Made by a program: the position numbers and the translations under genes. From NCBI GenBank assembly GCA_013239625.1, contig MU054187.1, forward strand, positions 6,149,757-6,213,756: a stretch of 64,000 nucleotides of DNA, read 5' to 3'. The notes below the pieces were generated by a model. The model was given only the letters and a program-made list of their open reading frames with translations. It was not told where the DNA came from and ran no database searches. Of this stretch, positions 1 to 57,800 are shown piece by piece. Origin of the DNA: Lama guanicoe (lineage: Eukaryota). Within the stretch, counting starts at the first letter, position 1, and every line of letters starts with the position of its first letter.

Positions 1-300
1 TAATAACTCCCTTCTTTCAACCATGAGAAACCTGGCTCTTATTATCCATGATATATTTTCATACTGGTCAGTCCTAGAATATACAGGTAGCGGTTTCAGA
101 ATGACTAGACCATATTTCTGTGAAAAGGAAGCCTGCTAAACTAGGGTTCGTTCAGTATTTTAGAGTTTTTTGTCTTTAACCTGATAATGTAGAGGCTAAA
201 TACTTTTTTCAACATTTCCTCAGGTTGGTTCTTCTCCCTGCCCCTCTTCCGTGTGATTGTGTTATTTGTTTGATACTCAGTGTGGCTCATTACTTTCTTT

Positions 301-500
301 CTTTTATTTTTTTAATTGAAGTATAGTCAGTTACAATGTGTCCATTTCTGGTGTACAGCACAATGTCCCAGCCATGCATATATATACATATATTCGTTTT
401 CATATACTTTTTCATTAAAGGTTATTACAAGACATTGAATATAGTTCCCCTGTGCTCTACAGAAGAAATTTTTTTTAAAATCTATTTTTATGTATAGTGG
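301..500 (-). mobile_element. L1 3' end fragment (younger, cetartiodactyl/camelid-type)
   Basis: Poly-T followed by AATTGAAGTATAGTCAGTTACAATG...GAATATAGTTCCCCTGTGCT, the typical reverse-strand L1 3' terminus; a similar start recurs at about 63950. Confidence 0.7.
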
Positions 501-736
501 TTCATTAGTTTCTGTTTGGATATGTTCCACTTTAGCCCATGCCTCATCCTTGTTGATTTTCTTTTTTATTTTTTTTTCAAGTTCGTGAAGTAGTAATACG
601 GTTCAAATGTCAGACCTGTACACAAAATGGTACCCAAAGAAAAGGTGCCATTCTCCCTTCCTTTCTACCGCATTCCTACTTACCTTCTCATAAATCCCAG
701 ATTTATCCTTTCTCTAATTTTCGGCATGAATGTGCA

Positions 737-781
737 GATAGGTAGGTAGGTAGACAGATAGACAGACAGACAGACAGACAG
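737..781. repeat. Compound (AGGT)n(AGAC/AGAT)n tetranucleotide microsatellite
   Basis: gataggtaggtaggtagacagatagacagacagacagacagacag. Confidence 0.85.
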
Positions 782-849
782 GTTGATTTTATAAATTATC
801 TCACCTTCTTTCTTAAACACAGAAGAAAAGCATCTCCTCCCAGGACACA

Positions 850-2640
850 TTCACACTTTGCCTTTTTTCACAGTAGTGTATGTACCGAGCTTACTCAGCA
901 TCATAGGGTCTTCCTCATTCTTTGTGACAGCTGCTTTGTGCTACAGTGCACGGCTGTATCACAGCTCATCCAGCCAGTCGCCTAGGTATGCGGGCATTTG
1001 AATAGCTTCTGATATTTTATAGTTACAGATAATGCTACAGAATGTATTCTCATGCCTAGATATTTTTGAGTTGTTGGAGGCATAGCTTCAGGGTGAATTT
1101 TTAGAATCAGGATCGCTAGATCAAAAGGCTATGCATTTGTAGTTCTGTCAGATATTGCAAAAGTCCCTTCCATAAGTGTTGGGTAGGTTTGCATCCCTAC
1201 CAAGACTGCATGGGGGATCCTGTTTCCCCACAGCCTTTCCAAGGTGGTGTGGCTTTTCACGTTTTGAGGGAAGTCATATTTCAGTGTGGTTTTAATTAGT
1301 GCTGTCTTTTATTGTGAGTGAGGTAGAACGTCTTTCCATAAGTTTAATGGTCATGTTTATATCTTGTTCTGTCGATTGTGTGTTCAGGTCTTTTGCCCAT
1401 TTTTCTGTTGTGCTTCCGTAATTTTTAACAGTGCTTTATATATGAGGGTTATCAGTCCTGAATCTGTGTCCTATGGTGCAACCATCTTGCCTCAGTTTCA
1501 CTTGCCATTTGACTTTATTTATTGTTGTCTATTGTTCTATAAGTTTAAAGAAGTGTTTTGTATAGTTTAGATTTATTGATCTTTCCTTTTATTGGACCTG
1601 ACTCTTCAGTCATTGTTAGGAGACTGGCTGGAGAGGCGTCTGCCGTGTTCTCCTGGCTTCCGTTTCTTTGTTCAGGTGCTTGATTCAGGTGTTTGCTCTT
1701 GTGTGTGGTGTGAAACATGACTCTGATTTTCCTCTTTTCCAAATATCATTGTTCCAGCACCGTTACTATAAAAAGTCCATTTTTGCCCCGATGATCTGGA
1801 ATGCAGCCTCTATCGTGTGTGTACTGCACATACAGATTTATTTGGATCCTTATCTATATACGTTATTCTAATGTTTTGATCTGTCTGTCTCCTCATTGAG
1901 TCAGTAGCGCACTATTTTACTTATAGAGGCTTATAGTGTATTCCAATATCTGGTTCATTGAGTTTCCCCTAGGATGTTTCCTTTTATAAAATGTTTTCTT
2001 GAATGTTCTTGCATATTTATTTATATGTATGTGTAAGTCCAGTGTTAACTTGCCTAGCTCCATTAAAATGGTTGTTTATATTTTTATTTGCGTCGTGTTA
2101 CATTACAAATGCATGACTTACGGTGTTGAGGCATGCTGTCTAAAAACAAGGGTGTCTTTCCAGTTGATTCAGCTTGATTTTTCTTGCCTTTTAGGAGGGT
2201 TTTTTAAATGTTTCCTTATGCAAGTTTCACACACTTACTCAGTTTATTACTAAGTATTCTATCTTTGTTGGTTTTATAAAAAAGGTTTTTCTCTAACATT
2301 ATGTCTTCTGACTGGTTATTGTTTGTGTGAACGGAGACTACTGACTTCTGTATGCTAATTTTATATCCTGCTACATAACCGAATTATTTTATTTTATTAT
2401 TTGAATTAGTTTCCTAATTGGTTCTCTAGGGTTTTCCAGTTATGCAATCATGTCATCTGCAAATAGAGAGAGTTTTACTTCTCGTTTTCCAGTTACCACC
2501 CCTCTGTTGTTTCCCTGCGCTGACAGCCTTGGCTGAAGCCTTGAATAGGACAGTGAGCAGTGGTGGAGGTTGTGGGCGTCCTCGCCTTGTTTCTCATCTT
2601 AGTGGGGAAGCTTGTGGTCTTTCTCCATTTGGTTAAGGCA
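850..2640 (-). mobile_element. Old L1M-class LINE remnant (3' UTR and ORF2 end), boundaries approximate
   Basis: Diagnostic reverse L1 motifs, e.g. TTCCAGCACCGTTACTATAAAAAGTCCATTTTTGCCCC and AATCATGTCATCTGCAAATAGAGAGAGTTTTACTTC. Confidence 0.75.
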
Positions 2641-4125
2641 GAGTCACTGACTGAAAAGCGCAGCCTAGCTGACAGGAGGGAGAGCAGGGCTGGGCCTCAC
2701 TGCTGAAGGGTCTGTGCCCACCTCACGGCCACACTGGTGGTCCCTCAGTGCACGTGCACCTCAGCCAAGCCAGCAGTGCTGACGGCACACACACCTTCTG
2801 TCCAATGATTAGAAGACCAGACTAGGTTATTTTTATACTATTTGATTTTGATGATAACAGTATTGTGTACTATTTATTGAAAGCTTGGAAAATGTAAGTT
2901 GAAAGTAGAGAAAATAAAATATTTGCAATCTTAACCACCCACCCATTACTAACATTTGGATGCATTTTCATCTAGTCTATTTGCTCTGTGTGTATGTGTG
3001 TGCAGGATTTATATCAATTCATGTCTTTACAAGGCATATGTATTTAAAGTCCTCATCTTCCTCAGTCAATTGTAGAAGGACGAAATTGGTCCTACCTATG
3101 AAAATGCATATTAGACGTTACATAAATAAAAATGATATGATACTTAATGTCATAAGCCTTTTCCAGATCCTCAAATCACTTTTGGCATATTTTATAGTGG
3201 CTGCATAATTTCTAAGAGTAGTAGTACCTTGATTTTGAAAGCACCTCATTTCTGTTTAACGTCATCACCGGAAAGAGAAATAAGAGGCAGTCGAGGGTAT
3301 TGGGTGGGGGCAGGGGGAGGATGATGGTACAGAAGAATATTGAAATACCGAACAAAAGAATGTCAGAGGTACAGTAAAATCTTCCCTGTGTCCCTGTGCA
3401 TCTCGGGGATGATAAAGGAAGGGTGGGGAGTATTCAAGTTGAGGCTGAGAAGGCGCAGCACCTGCTCAGACAGGGCTTGCGGTGAGTCTGGAGGGAAGGA
3501 GACTAGCCAGTCCTTGGAGAGGGTAGACGTTAAGGAGGGGAACCCGAGGGCCACCGTCTCAGAGCTCCTGGAAGAGCTAGGCTGGGCGAGGGGAGCTGAT
3601 CAGGAGCCCGCTGGGGGCAAGGCTGTTCAGAGAGCTGGTGGTGGCCCCTTTCTCCCCAGTTGCTCTAGAAGGGAGAAGTCAGGTTTACCTTTAATATTTT
3701 AACTTTGAATTCTTTTTAACTTGACAGAACCCTTTCATTTCTCAATTAATGATAAAAGGCTCAAAACCAATCCATAATTAAGGCCGCCCTGTGGTGCTAA
3801 TTGTTTCATATTGAAGTGCGATCCATTCACTTACGAAAACAGCTTGTTATTAGGTCCTTTTTTTTTTTTTTTTAAATGGGAAGTGGGTAAGAGCTGAAGG
3901 CTCAGGACAGAAGGCAAATTTTAGGCTCTGTTATTGATTTTCTTTTCTTATTCTCAGACATTAATATTTATATCAAATGTGACTCAGCAGCCTCTGTGAG
4001 TAATTAAACAGGTTATTTTGTTAATTATCTGTGTAGTTTGATTTTTTTGGAGTGATTAATGAATGTGAATAATAAAGGATGAACTGTTTTCTGTCTGTTT
4101 CATGTGTCTTATTTTATTCTTTTAG

Positions 4126-50303
<46,178 letters not shown>

Positions 50304-51300
50304 CCAGTCCCAGTCCCAGTTCAAGTGTTTGAAACTTTTGACAAGTGGTAGTCCTACTGTTTACACTCACAGTTAATGTTCATACCTAGTTTTATAAGCT
50401 GTTCTGTAACATAGTGTAGCAAAAAAAAAAAGGAAAAAAAAATTCCAAGTCATGTTATACAGGTGTGTCAAAAGGTATCTTGGTCATTAAGTATTGTGCA
50501 GTGCATTATTTATTATCCCTAGGAGAGATGAAATTTGAGAGGTGATCATGTCTTTTTAAGGAAACTTACATAATGCTCTGCTTTTCCCCCCTCCTTTTCT
50601 TTCCTTTTTCTTCTGGTACCATTGGTATTATAATAAAGAGCAATTTGTAACCGAGGGGCACTAATGGAAGGAAGTGCTGCTCAAAGGAAGTATGAAGTTA
50701 TATATTTAATTTTTTAATTTTAATTTTTTTTTTTTTTTTTTTTTGCTGTGAAGGTCAAGATGAAATTTACCACACATATCATACTTGCTCATTTGTTTCC
50801 CTTTTTGACTGTATGGGGGTTCCCACACTTGCACCCACACACATCCATACACTCTGACAATCTCCACGTTAGTGTGAACGTCTCTGTCCTGAGGCGCAGC
50901 AATAATAAGGCAGCTGTTGAATGTGAAGGGTCCCTTTGGAAATTAACCTACTGGGAGGGTTCTCGCCAGACAGAACTACAGTTCCATTGTCTTGTGGTCT
51001 TGTAATGCACTGGTATAAACAAAATAAATAGATGAATAAATAAAGAGTGAGAGAAGAGAGAATCAGGTACCTTTTTTAAATTAAAGGACTTTGTTACTTT
51101 AGCCACAAAGCTAAAACAGCATTACCTCAGCTCTAAACTAGCCTTGAAGTTTACAGACATGACTTTGTAAATGTATTGTTTTTCTTTGTTGTGATGTCCC
51201 TCTATTTTTTTTCTTTGAAAACTGCTATCATGTAAGATAAAATGTAAATTGCTGCCAACTGTAGTAATGATGCTTTTAATAAAAGTGACCCATGATACGC
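50304..51300 (+). other. CHD7: CHD7 3' UTR (end approximate)
   Basis: AT-rich tract with no recognisable interspersed repeat after the stop codon; contains U-rich runs and several AATAAA hexamers (50632, 51023, 51035, 51278). Confidence 0.8.
51278..51283 (+). terminator. Probable main polyadenylation signal AATAAA
   Basis: AATAAA preceded by several TGTA motifs and followed by GT/T-rich sequence (about 51340-51360); upstream AATAAA copies may be alternative sites. Confidence 0.6.
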
Positions 51301-53399
51301 AGAGATGTAATTATAGAATGTAGTACAGTAGGGGCACTGGTGTTCACTCTATTTTTTTGTATTCGCAATAGATGCAAATACAGCATTCTGACCTTTGTAC
51401 GGTTTCTTGATACATCCTCTTACACGAGATTAGCTGTTAGTCATATGCTAAACTGATTGTCTTCAGACCAGGCAGGAAGAAAAACCTTAAATTGCCTTTA
51501 CATAATTCCACTCCAGATCTCTCAACAGAACCACATGCAAAAACCTCCCATTACTCCCTCAAAAGAGCAGCCGAGACTGAGGATAAAGTGTGCGCGGCGT
51601 CTGATAATGCACACTGAGGAACAAAAGGGCGCAAGAAAAATGAGGCTTTAATAGGCACAATATCTAGGTCATTTATCCTTGGCCAATGGGGAGAAAAACA
51701 CCATGAAGCGGTGTCAGCATAGGCACTCTGGTACCCTGAGGACCAAGGCTCCGCGCCGGGGACGTAGAGCCAGATCCACCCTTAAATCAGAGGAACCCAT
51801 TTGAGCAAGCGCAGGCGCGCACGCACACGTACTCGCGCATGCGCACGCACGGGCTTGGGAGCTCCTGATTCGCGCGCCCCCTTTATGACCGTTGATACTT
51901 GAGGTAAACCAGAACTTGAGACCTACTGCTTTCTCCTTTTTCTGTCGCCTGACCAAACTCAGAGCTCTATTTCCATTATGCTAAAAAGGAGGGAAGCGGT
52001 CGCTGTTGGTCTGTGTGCTCTCGTGTAGCCTTCCTCCTCGCCCTCCCCGAGGACCCGCACGGCCCGTCCCCCGCCCGGTGGGTCACCAGACGGTCACCAG
52101 ACCGTCCCAATTCCTTTTCAACAAGGAGGTCGGTGAATTCCTATCCCAGGGTGAAAGTATACCCATGATTCTGAGGAGGAGCAGCGTGAAGCCTCCATCT
52201 TCGAGACCCCGCGGTCGCTTTTATCCGTCATCCTTACCCTTCTGTCTTGGAAGTTACCACCTGGGTACGCGCAGGCGGGGGGAGTGCGTTTAAGAGAATA
52301 GCTTCTGGAATCGAATTCTTCAAACGTGGGAAATGAGACTAAATCTGCACAAAGTAGGGAGAATTTAAATATTTAACTGAAAGAATTTTTTTTAAGCCTT
52401 AAAATAGGACTTTAGGTGGGTTAGAATATGTTTCCCAAAATGAGCCTTAAAGGTCGTTTTCTGAAATTCTTTATAGCCTTGGAAGTTTTCCTGTGACCTT
52501 GTCTCAGCAGAGCACATGATGTGACTCTGCACCTGTTAAAAGAAAATGCTAAGAGCAATGATGATCTCCGAAGCAGAGCCATCAACTGCTTGCGGCCAGA
52601 AGGAACGCTGAGCTGGTAGGTAGGTCAGCAGCCGGCTCTGAGTCATGTGGGGTTTATCTGTTAAGATGGCTTTAAAGTCATTCAAATCTACATGTTGGAA
52701 AATGACTTTTTTTTTTCCCCTAGTGGAGTTAATTCTTAATATTACATCTTGATTTTGCCTAAGTAAGAAATATTTCAAATTCAGCCTGATACTTTGTAAC
52801 TTGTGTTCATTGCGTGCTTAGTGTAAATTAAGTGCTAAGGCGCTAAGTGCTTCCCATGGCTTCGCTGCATCACCATCACTTCTCTGTGAGGGAAGTGCTG
52901 TCTAGGTGGAAACTGACTTTGGAGACTTTTAAATAACTGGCCAACAGTAAGTGCAGCAACTGGGTTTGAACCCGGGCAGTCTCACATCAGAGTCTCTTAC
53001 AATTTCCTGAACTATTACACCCAGGTCCCTGAAAGAAAGGTATTATTTAATGATGATTTGAAGTGTTTGGTGTTTGAGGCTTTTATATTTTTACATTCCC
53101 CCGCCCTTACCTCTCAATAAGGGATCTTAAGTTTCAGATTGGGAATTAAGAGGAAGTCTTTATGAAGTAGAGCCTGCAAGAGTGGGAGCTTGGACTAGGG
53201 AAACTTGAATCCCCGTTGCCTCATTTAAATTTGGATTTATTTTGCCCTATGAATATTTCTATTTTATGAAGAAATCAAGTCTTTTTTAAAAAGATTAACT
53301 TACTTAAGCCTCAGAGCTAGTAAGTTGCAAACCTGGTGTTTTCACCCAGCTCAGTCTAACTCCAGAGCCCAGGTACTTACCACTGCGCTGGGGTAATTA

Positions 53400-54050
53400 A
53401 CATTCATCAGCAAACATTTATTGGGTACTATGTGCTAGGTTCTGTTTTGTGGCAAAAATATAGCAGAAAACAAAAGTAGGCTGGTCTCCTGCTGTCATGG
53501 GGCTTATATGCTAATAGGAAGAGATTGGTGATAAACAGGTAACATAAAATTTTCATAGCTCAAGGAATGCTATTAAATAAGGTGACAGGACAGTCAGGGA
53601 GGAGCTCTCTGGGGAGGGGACCGCCCTCCTTACACTTGAGTGATGAGAAGCAGTGGGCTGACAAAGCTGGTTGGAGAAAGTTCCAGGCAAATGGAAGAGC
53701 CAATGAAAAGGTCCTGAGCTAACAGTGTGGAAGAGGCAGGGCAGACAGCCTGTCTTCCTAGAAGATCTGGGTGGTAGAGACCAAGCTGGTCCCGGTGGAG
53801 GATCTGGATTTCCTTTCTAAGTGCCGTAGAAAGTCCTTGGGAGGTTTTATGCTGGGAAGTGATATCATATTCCTGTTTTCTTTAAAAATAAACAATCACT
53901 GTAGCTGCAGTGTGGAAAAGATGGCTTAGGAAGAGGAGTTGGGAATTCCATTTGGGAGACTGCCATAGCAGCCTTGGATCAAGGCAGTAGGTAGCATTGG
54001 AAATGGAAGCAGTAAATGGATTTAGGATATGTTTTAAAAAGACAGAGCCT
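53400..54050. mobile_element. L2 remnant including its 3' end
   Basis: CATTCATCAGCAAACATTTATTGGGTACTATGTGCTAGG (L2 3'-end motif) plus further degenerate L2 motifs. Confidence 0.65.
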
Positions 54051-54772
54051 CCAGCTTAAGTTATGTGAATGATTTGAATTAACTTTTCAGGATTACTCCT
54101 ATTGAAATACCCACAGGTGAAACCAACAGATGAAGCGTGTACGCTGTGCTTTTTTTTTTTTAACTCCATGATTAGTATTCGTAGAAAAGATATTGGGAAC
54201 AGAAATCTTTCCTTCCATGTCCTGTTACAAAGTTATCTTTTCAGTTCAATGAAAGTTATTAAGTATCTTTGAGAAGAGTATTTAGAAATTATTTCTAACA
54301 GGTAGCCAAGGTAAGAATGTATGTACAGTGAACAGTGTGTCTCCAGAATCACCAATAAATTTACATTAGGAAGCAAAACAATGTAAATGACTTCTACTAA
54401 CAAGCACTTAAGGGTTAGAATATATCTTATTCATTCTACTTGTTTCTCTAATGAGCAATGTTACGTATTTTCTTAGCACAGGTAAGATTTACCACAGTTT
54501 TACAGACGTTTTATAGTGAAGTAAACTACATTTGGTGAAGCAGATGAATAAATTACCATCTGGAATATTAAGTCTAATGTCAGACTCCTTCAGTGAAAGT
54601 ATTTCATCATTGAATTTTTTGTTGGGAGAGCCACCCAATTTGGAGATTTTTCTTGTAAGGGTTAGATGGTGATTTTCATAGTATTTTGGACTACAGAAGT
54701 CATTTGTATGTTTAAAGTTTTTGCTCAACTTTCCTAATGTGCCCATTCTTGAATCTCTAAACCAAAACTAAA

Positions 54773-54777
<5 letters not shown>

Positions 54778-54806
<29 letters not shown>

Positions 54807-54811
54807 CTGTG
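54778..54811. repeat. (TG)n microsatellite
   Basis: About 14 perfect TG units plus a short interrupted extension. Confidence 0.9.
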
Positions 54812-57800
54812 TTGGCAGTGTAGCTCCACCCTCCTTAGGGGTCTGTTGCACTTTGAATCTTGTTTTGGATCTACCACTGTAGGTTGAATTCTAATCTGTG
54901 TCTCCTTAATGAATGTTTACCATGTAATTTAAATTAAATTGAAGAATAGGGTAATGACAATTAAAATTTTAAGTATTCTTTCATCTGACATCTTTATCTC
55001 CAGGACGATTGACTTTTATAATTTATTTAGCTCCTAAGCCAGTTGAAATTTTCATCAATTGAGCAAAGATGGCAGAAGCCTTCTCCAAACACACAACAGA
55101 CATGTTATCTAAGTATGGTGGTATCTCCCAGTAGGTTTCTTCCTGTGAACCTTTCTCACTCGTGAGGTCTCTGCTGGGCTCCGAGATAAATCTGTCATGG
55201 TGAATTTGAGTTACAGCTAAAGGACGGCATAATTGATTTCAAAGGTATAATAAAGGGACACACTAAGTCAAAATATTGTTTAGGAACCACTTAATTCTCT
55301 ACTTTAGGTGGCTTCCTCCATTGTCCCTTGCCCGCCTCTGCATTTTGATCTGAAAGCTCGATTTCAAAATTACAATTGAGAGAAACCCGATTCTCCTCTG
55401 TGACGAAAGCCAGGTACCGCAGTGGCTTCACATCCTTTGCAACCCAAAACCGTTTCATAATTGTCAGCTGCAGTTAAAGAGATTTCAACTTGGATGTAGG
55501 CTGGGTGATTGAAACCTAAGCAGGCTAGAAATGTAATAGTTTGGGGAGTACACATCATGTTTCAGAGCAGAAAATTCTTCCTGTTCAACATGTTTCACCA
55601 TGTTTCCTTGGGAGTCCGGAAGCTCTTAACATTTTTAGAATTCAGCATTTTTGTTGGTTAATAGGCACTTGTGAGTTAATCCTTGCCACACCCTGGTGAG
55701 TTTGGCAGATGTTCTTGCCACCGCCCCTTTACCTGGGTAGGTGGAATCCCTGGCCCAAGTCCAAGCGGTGAGACCAGTGTGGTGGCGAGAACTAGAAGTC
55801 AAACTTCAGCATCAGTGTGCCCAGCGGTGAGCCGTTCACGTTAATTCAGGTCTATGATCTTAAACAACAACAAAAAAAAACCCAACCTAAAATAGAATAA
55901 ACTACACACTCTTTTAATGACAGCTGATGTTGTAAGCTGAACAACAAGCCAGAAGGTTCTGGAATCTCATGCTGCAAGACCAAATTACCAGGACAGGGTG
56001 ACTGAAAGATGTTCCAGTTAAAAAAAAAGTGTGTGCAGTTATGAGCTTGCTTTACAACCATGTTGTTTCACAGTGTAACCTATGCAACTGAGAGTCTAAG
56101 TATCTTTGCACATTCTTGAAGCTCATTCTCTAGAATTTTTGGAGGGGTGAATATTCTTTGAGTGGCCCTAACAGGCAGCTCCAGCTAAGTCTGGCACTTA
56201 AAGTTCATGCAAGGATGGGAAGTGGCCCCAGCAGTTGGTGTGGCTCCATCTCCACCCACAGGGCTTTTCCGGGCTGCTGGGGCTCTCAGAACAGTTTGTG
56301 GGTCTGGAGCTGCAGAGCTAATGTTCTCCCCCGAGGCTGGAGGCCCTGCCAGGTGGCTCCAGGATCCTTTCCATCTGATTTTGTAAGAGTCCTTGGAAAA
56401 TGGGAGATGGCCACTGTGTCTGCAGAAGAGGCCCTGTTCTTGCCTGGACGAAGCTGGCCTTCTCAGCCCCTGGGTTTCTGCTGCCTTGGCCTGGCCTGCT
56501 TCTGAGGAGCGGCTGGACTGACTCAGTAGCCTGAAGGGTTACGTAAAACTTTAAAATTCTCCCTTTCCCCCTCACTCTACAAAATGTAAAGTTACACACA
56601 AACCCCAAGCCCCCGTTTCTTTGGAGCCCCATTTTTTACAGAACTTGTGTATTTAGAAAAAACACAGGGAGTAAAACAGCAAGAGCAAATCAAGGACAAG
56701 GGTCCCCGGCTCTGCCCCCCGGCCCTCAGCCCGCTCTGGAGAAAGGGCACCATTAGCCGTCACAACAGCCGGCAGACGGAGGGGAGGATGCACTTAGAGC
56801 TGAAAGTGTTCCTTTACGTTTCAGCCAGAAAGCTGTCTATTGCTAGGAGATGTTCAGGTACCAATCTATCACCATTAAAATCCTCCTGTTGGGGACAGTT
56901 ACTGCAAAAACCTGAATGCTGTTTGTGATGCAGGGAAACAAAAGCTTTTGTGCTTTATTTTTTTTTTAAATGTGGTCTGGGAGCAGGCCAAATGAACAAA
57001 CCAGCTCTGACCTGTGATGAGAGGGGATTAGGAAACCAAGGTGTAAACTAGAGGCAGGAGAAAAAGCAACTTTGAGAGTCATTGTTTCTCCTTGTATCTG
57101 GAGCTCAAATGACTTAAATGGGGGGAAAACTCATTTCCAGCCACCTTATTTCTAACATGTTTGTACTTGTTTCTATATGTATGCTTGCAAATATCAGAAA
57201 GTTGACTGTGTTATTTTGTAGCTGGTATACATCACATTAAGGCACAGAGAGAAGCATGCACAGATGGGAGGACTGACCGCAGTGCCCCGCTGCTGGACAT
57301 GTGCCCCCAGCGTCTAAAATGTGTGCTGTAGGAGACCACTGAAATCCACCACAACTCGGTTAGGGTTTAGGCAGACTTACAGTTTGAATAGCTGTTACAA
57401 GTACAGAGTATCCTAGCTGGCTGACTGTCAGCAGTGGCTAAATGTACTTAATAATTAAGGAGAGCCTGAGCCCCCAGATCTGGGAGAAGGCAGGTAACAT
57501 GATGGGTCCTCCTCGGCTCCAGGTAATTTTAGCTCCCTGCACCTGACAACCTCATTTCCAGCGCACAAACAGCTTAAACTCATCTTGATTGACTGGAAAG
57601 CGAGGCCATGTAGGCATCTGAGTTATTGCTCCCCCACAAAAAACATTTGGAAACTTCAGGTAAATGGCTTGCACATCAGCCGCTCCTGTATGAACATGGT
57701 CGTGATGCCACGTCTCTTGTCGGTGAACCAGCAATGAAGTGAAAGTGATGACAGTCGGGGCCGAGAACAGTGTCACTGCCTGTGTCCCTGGCGGATTTCC

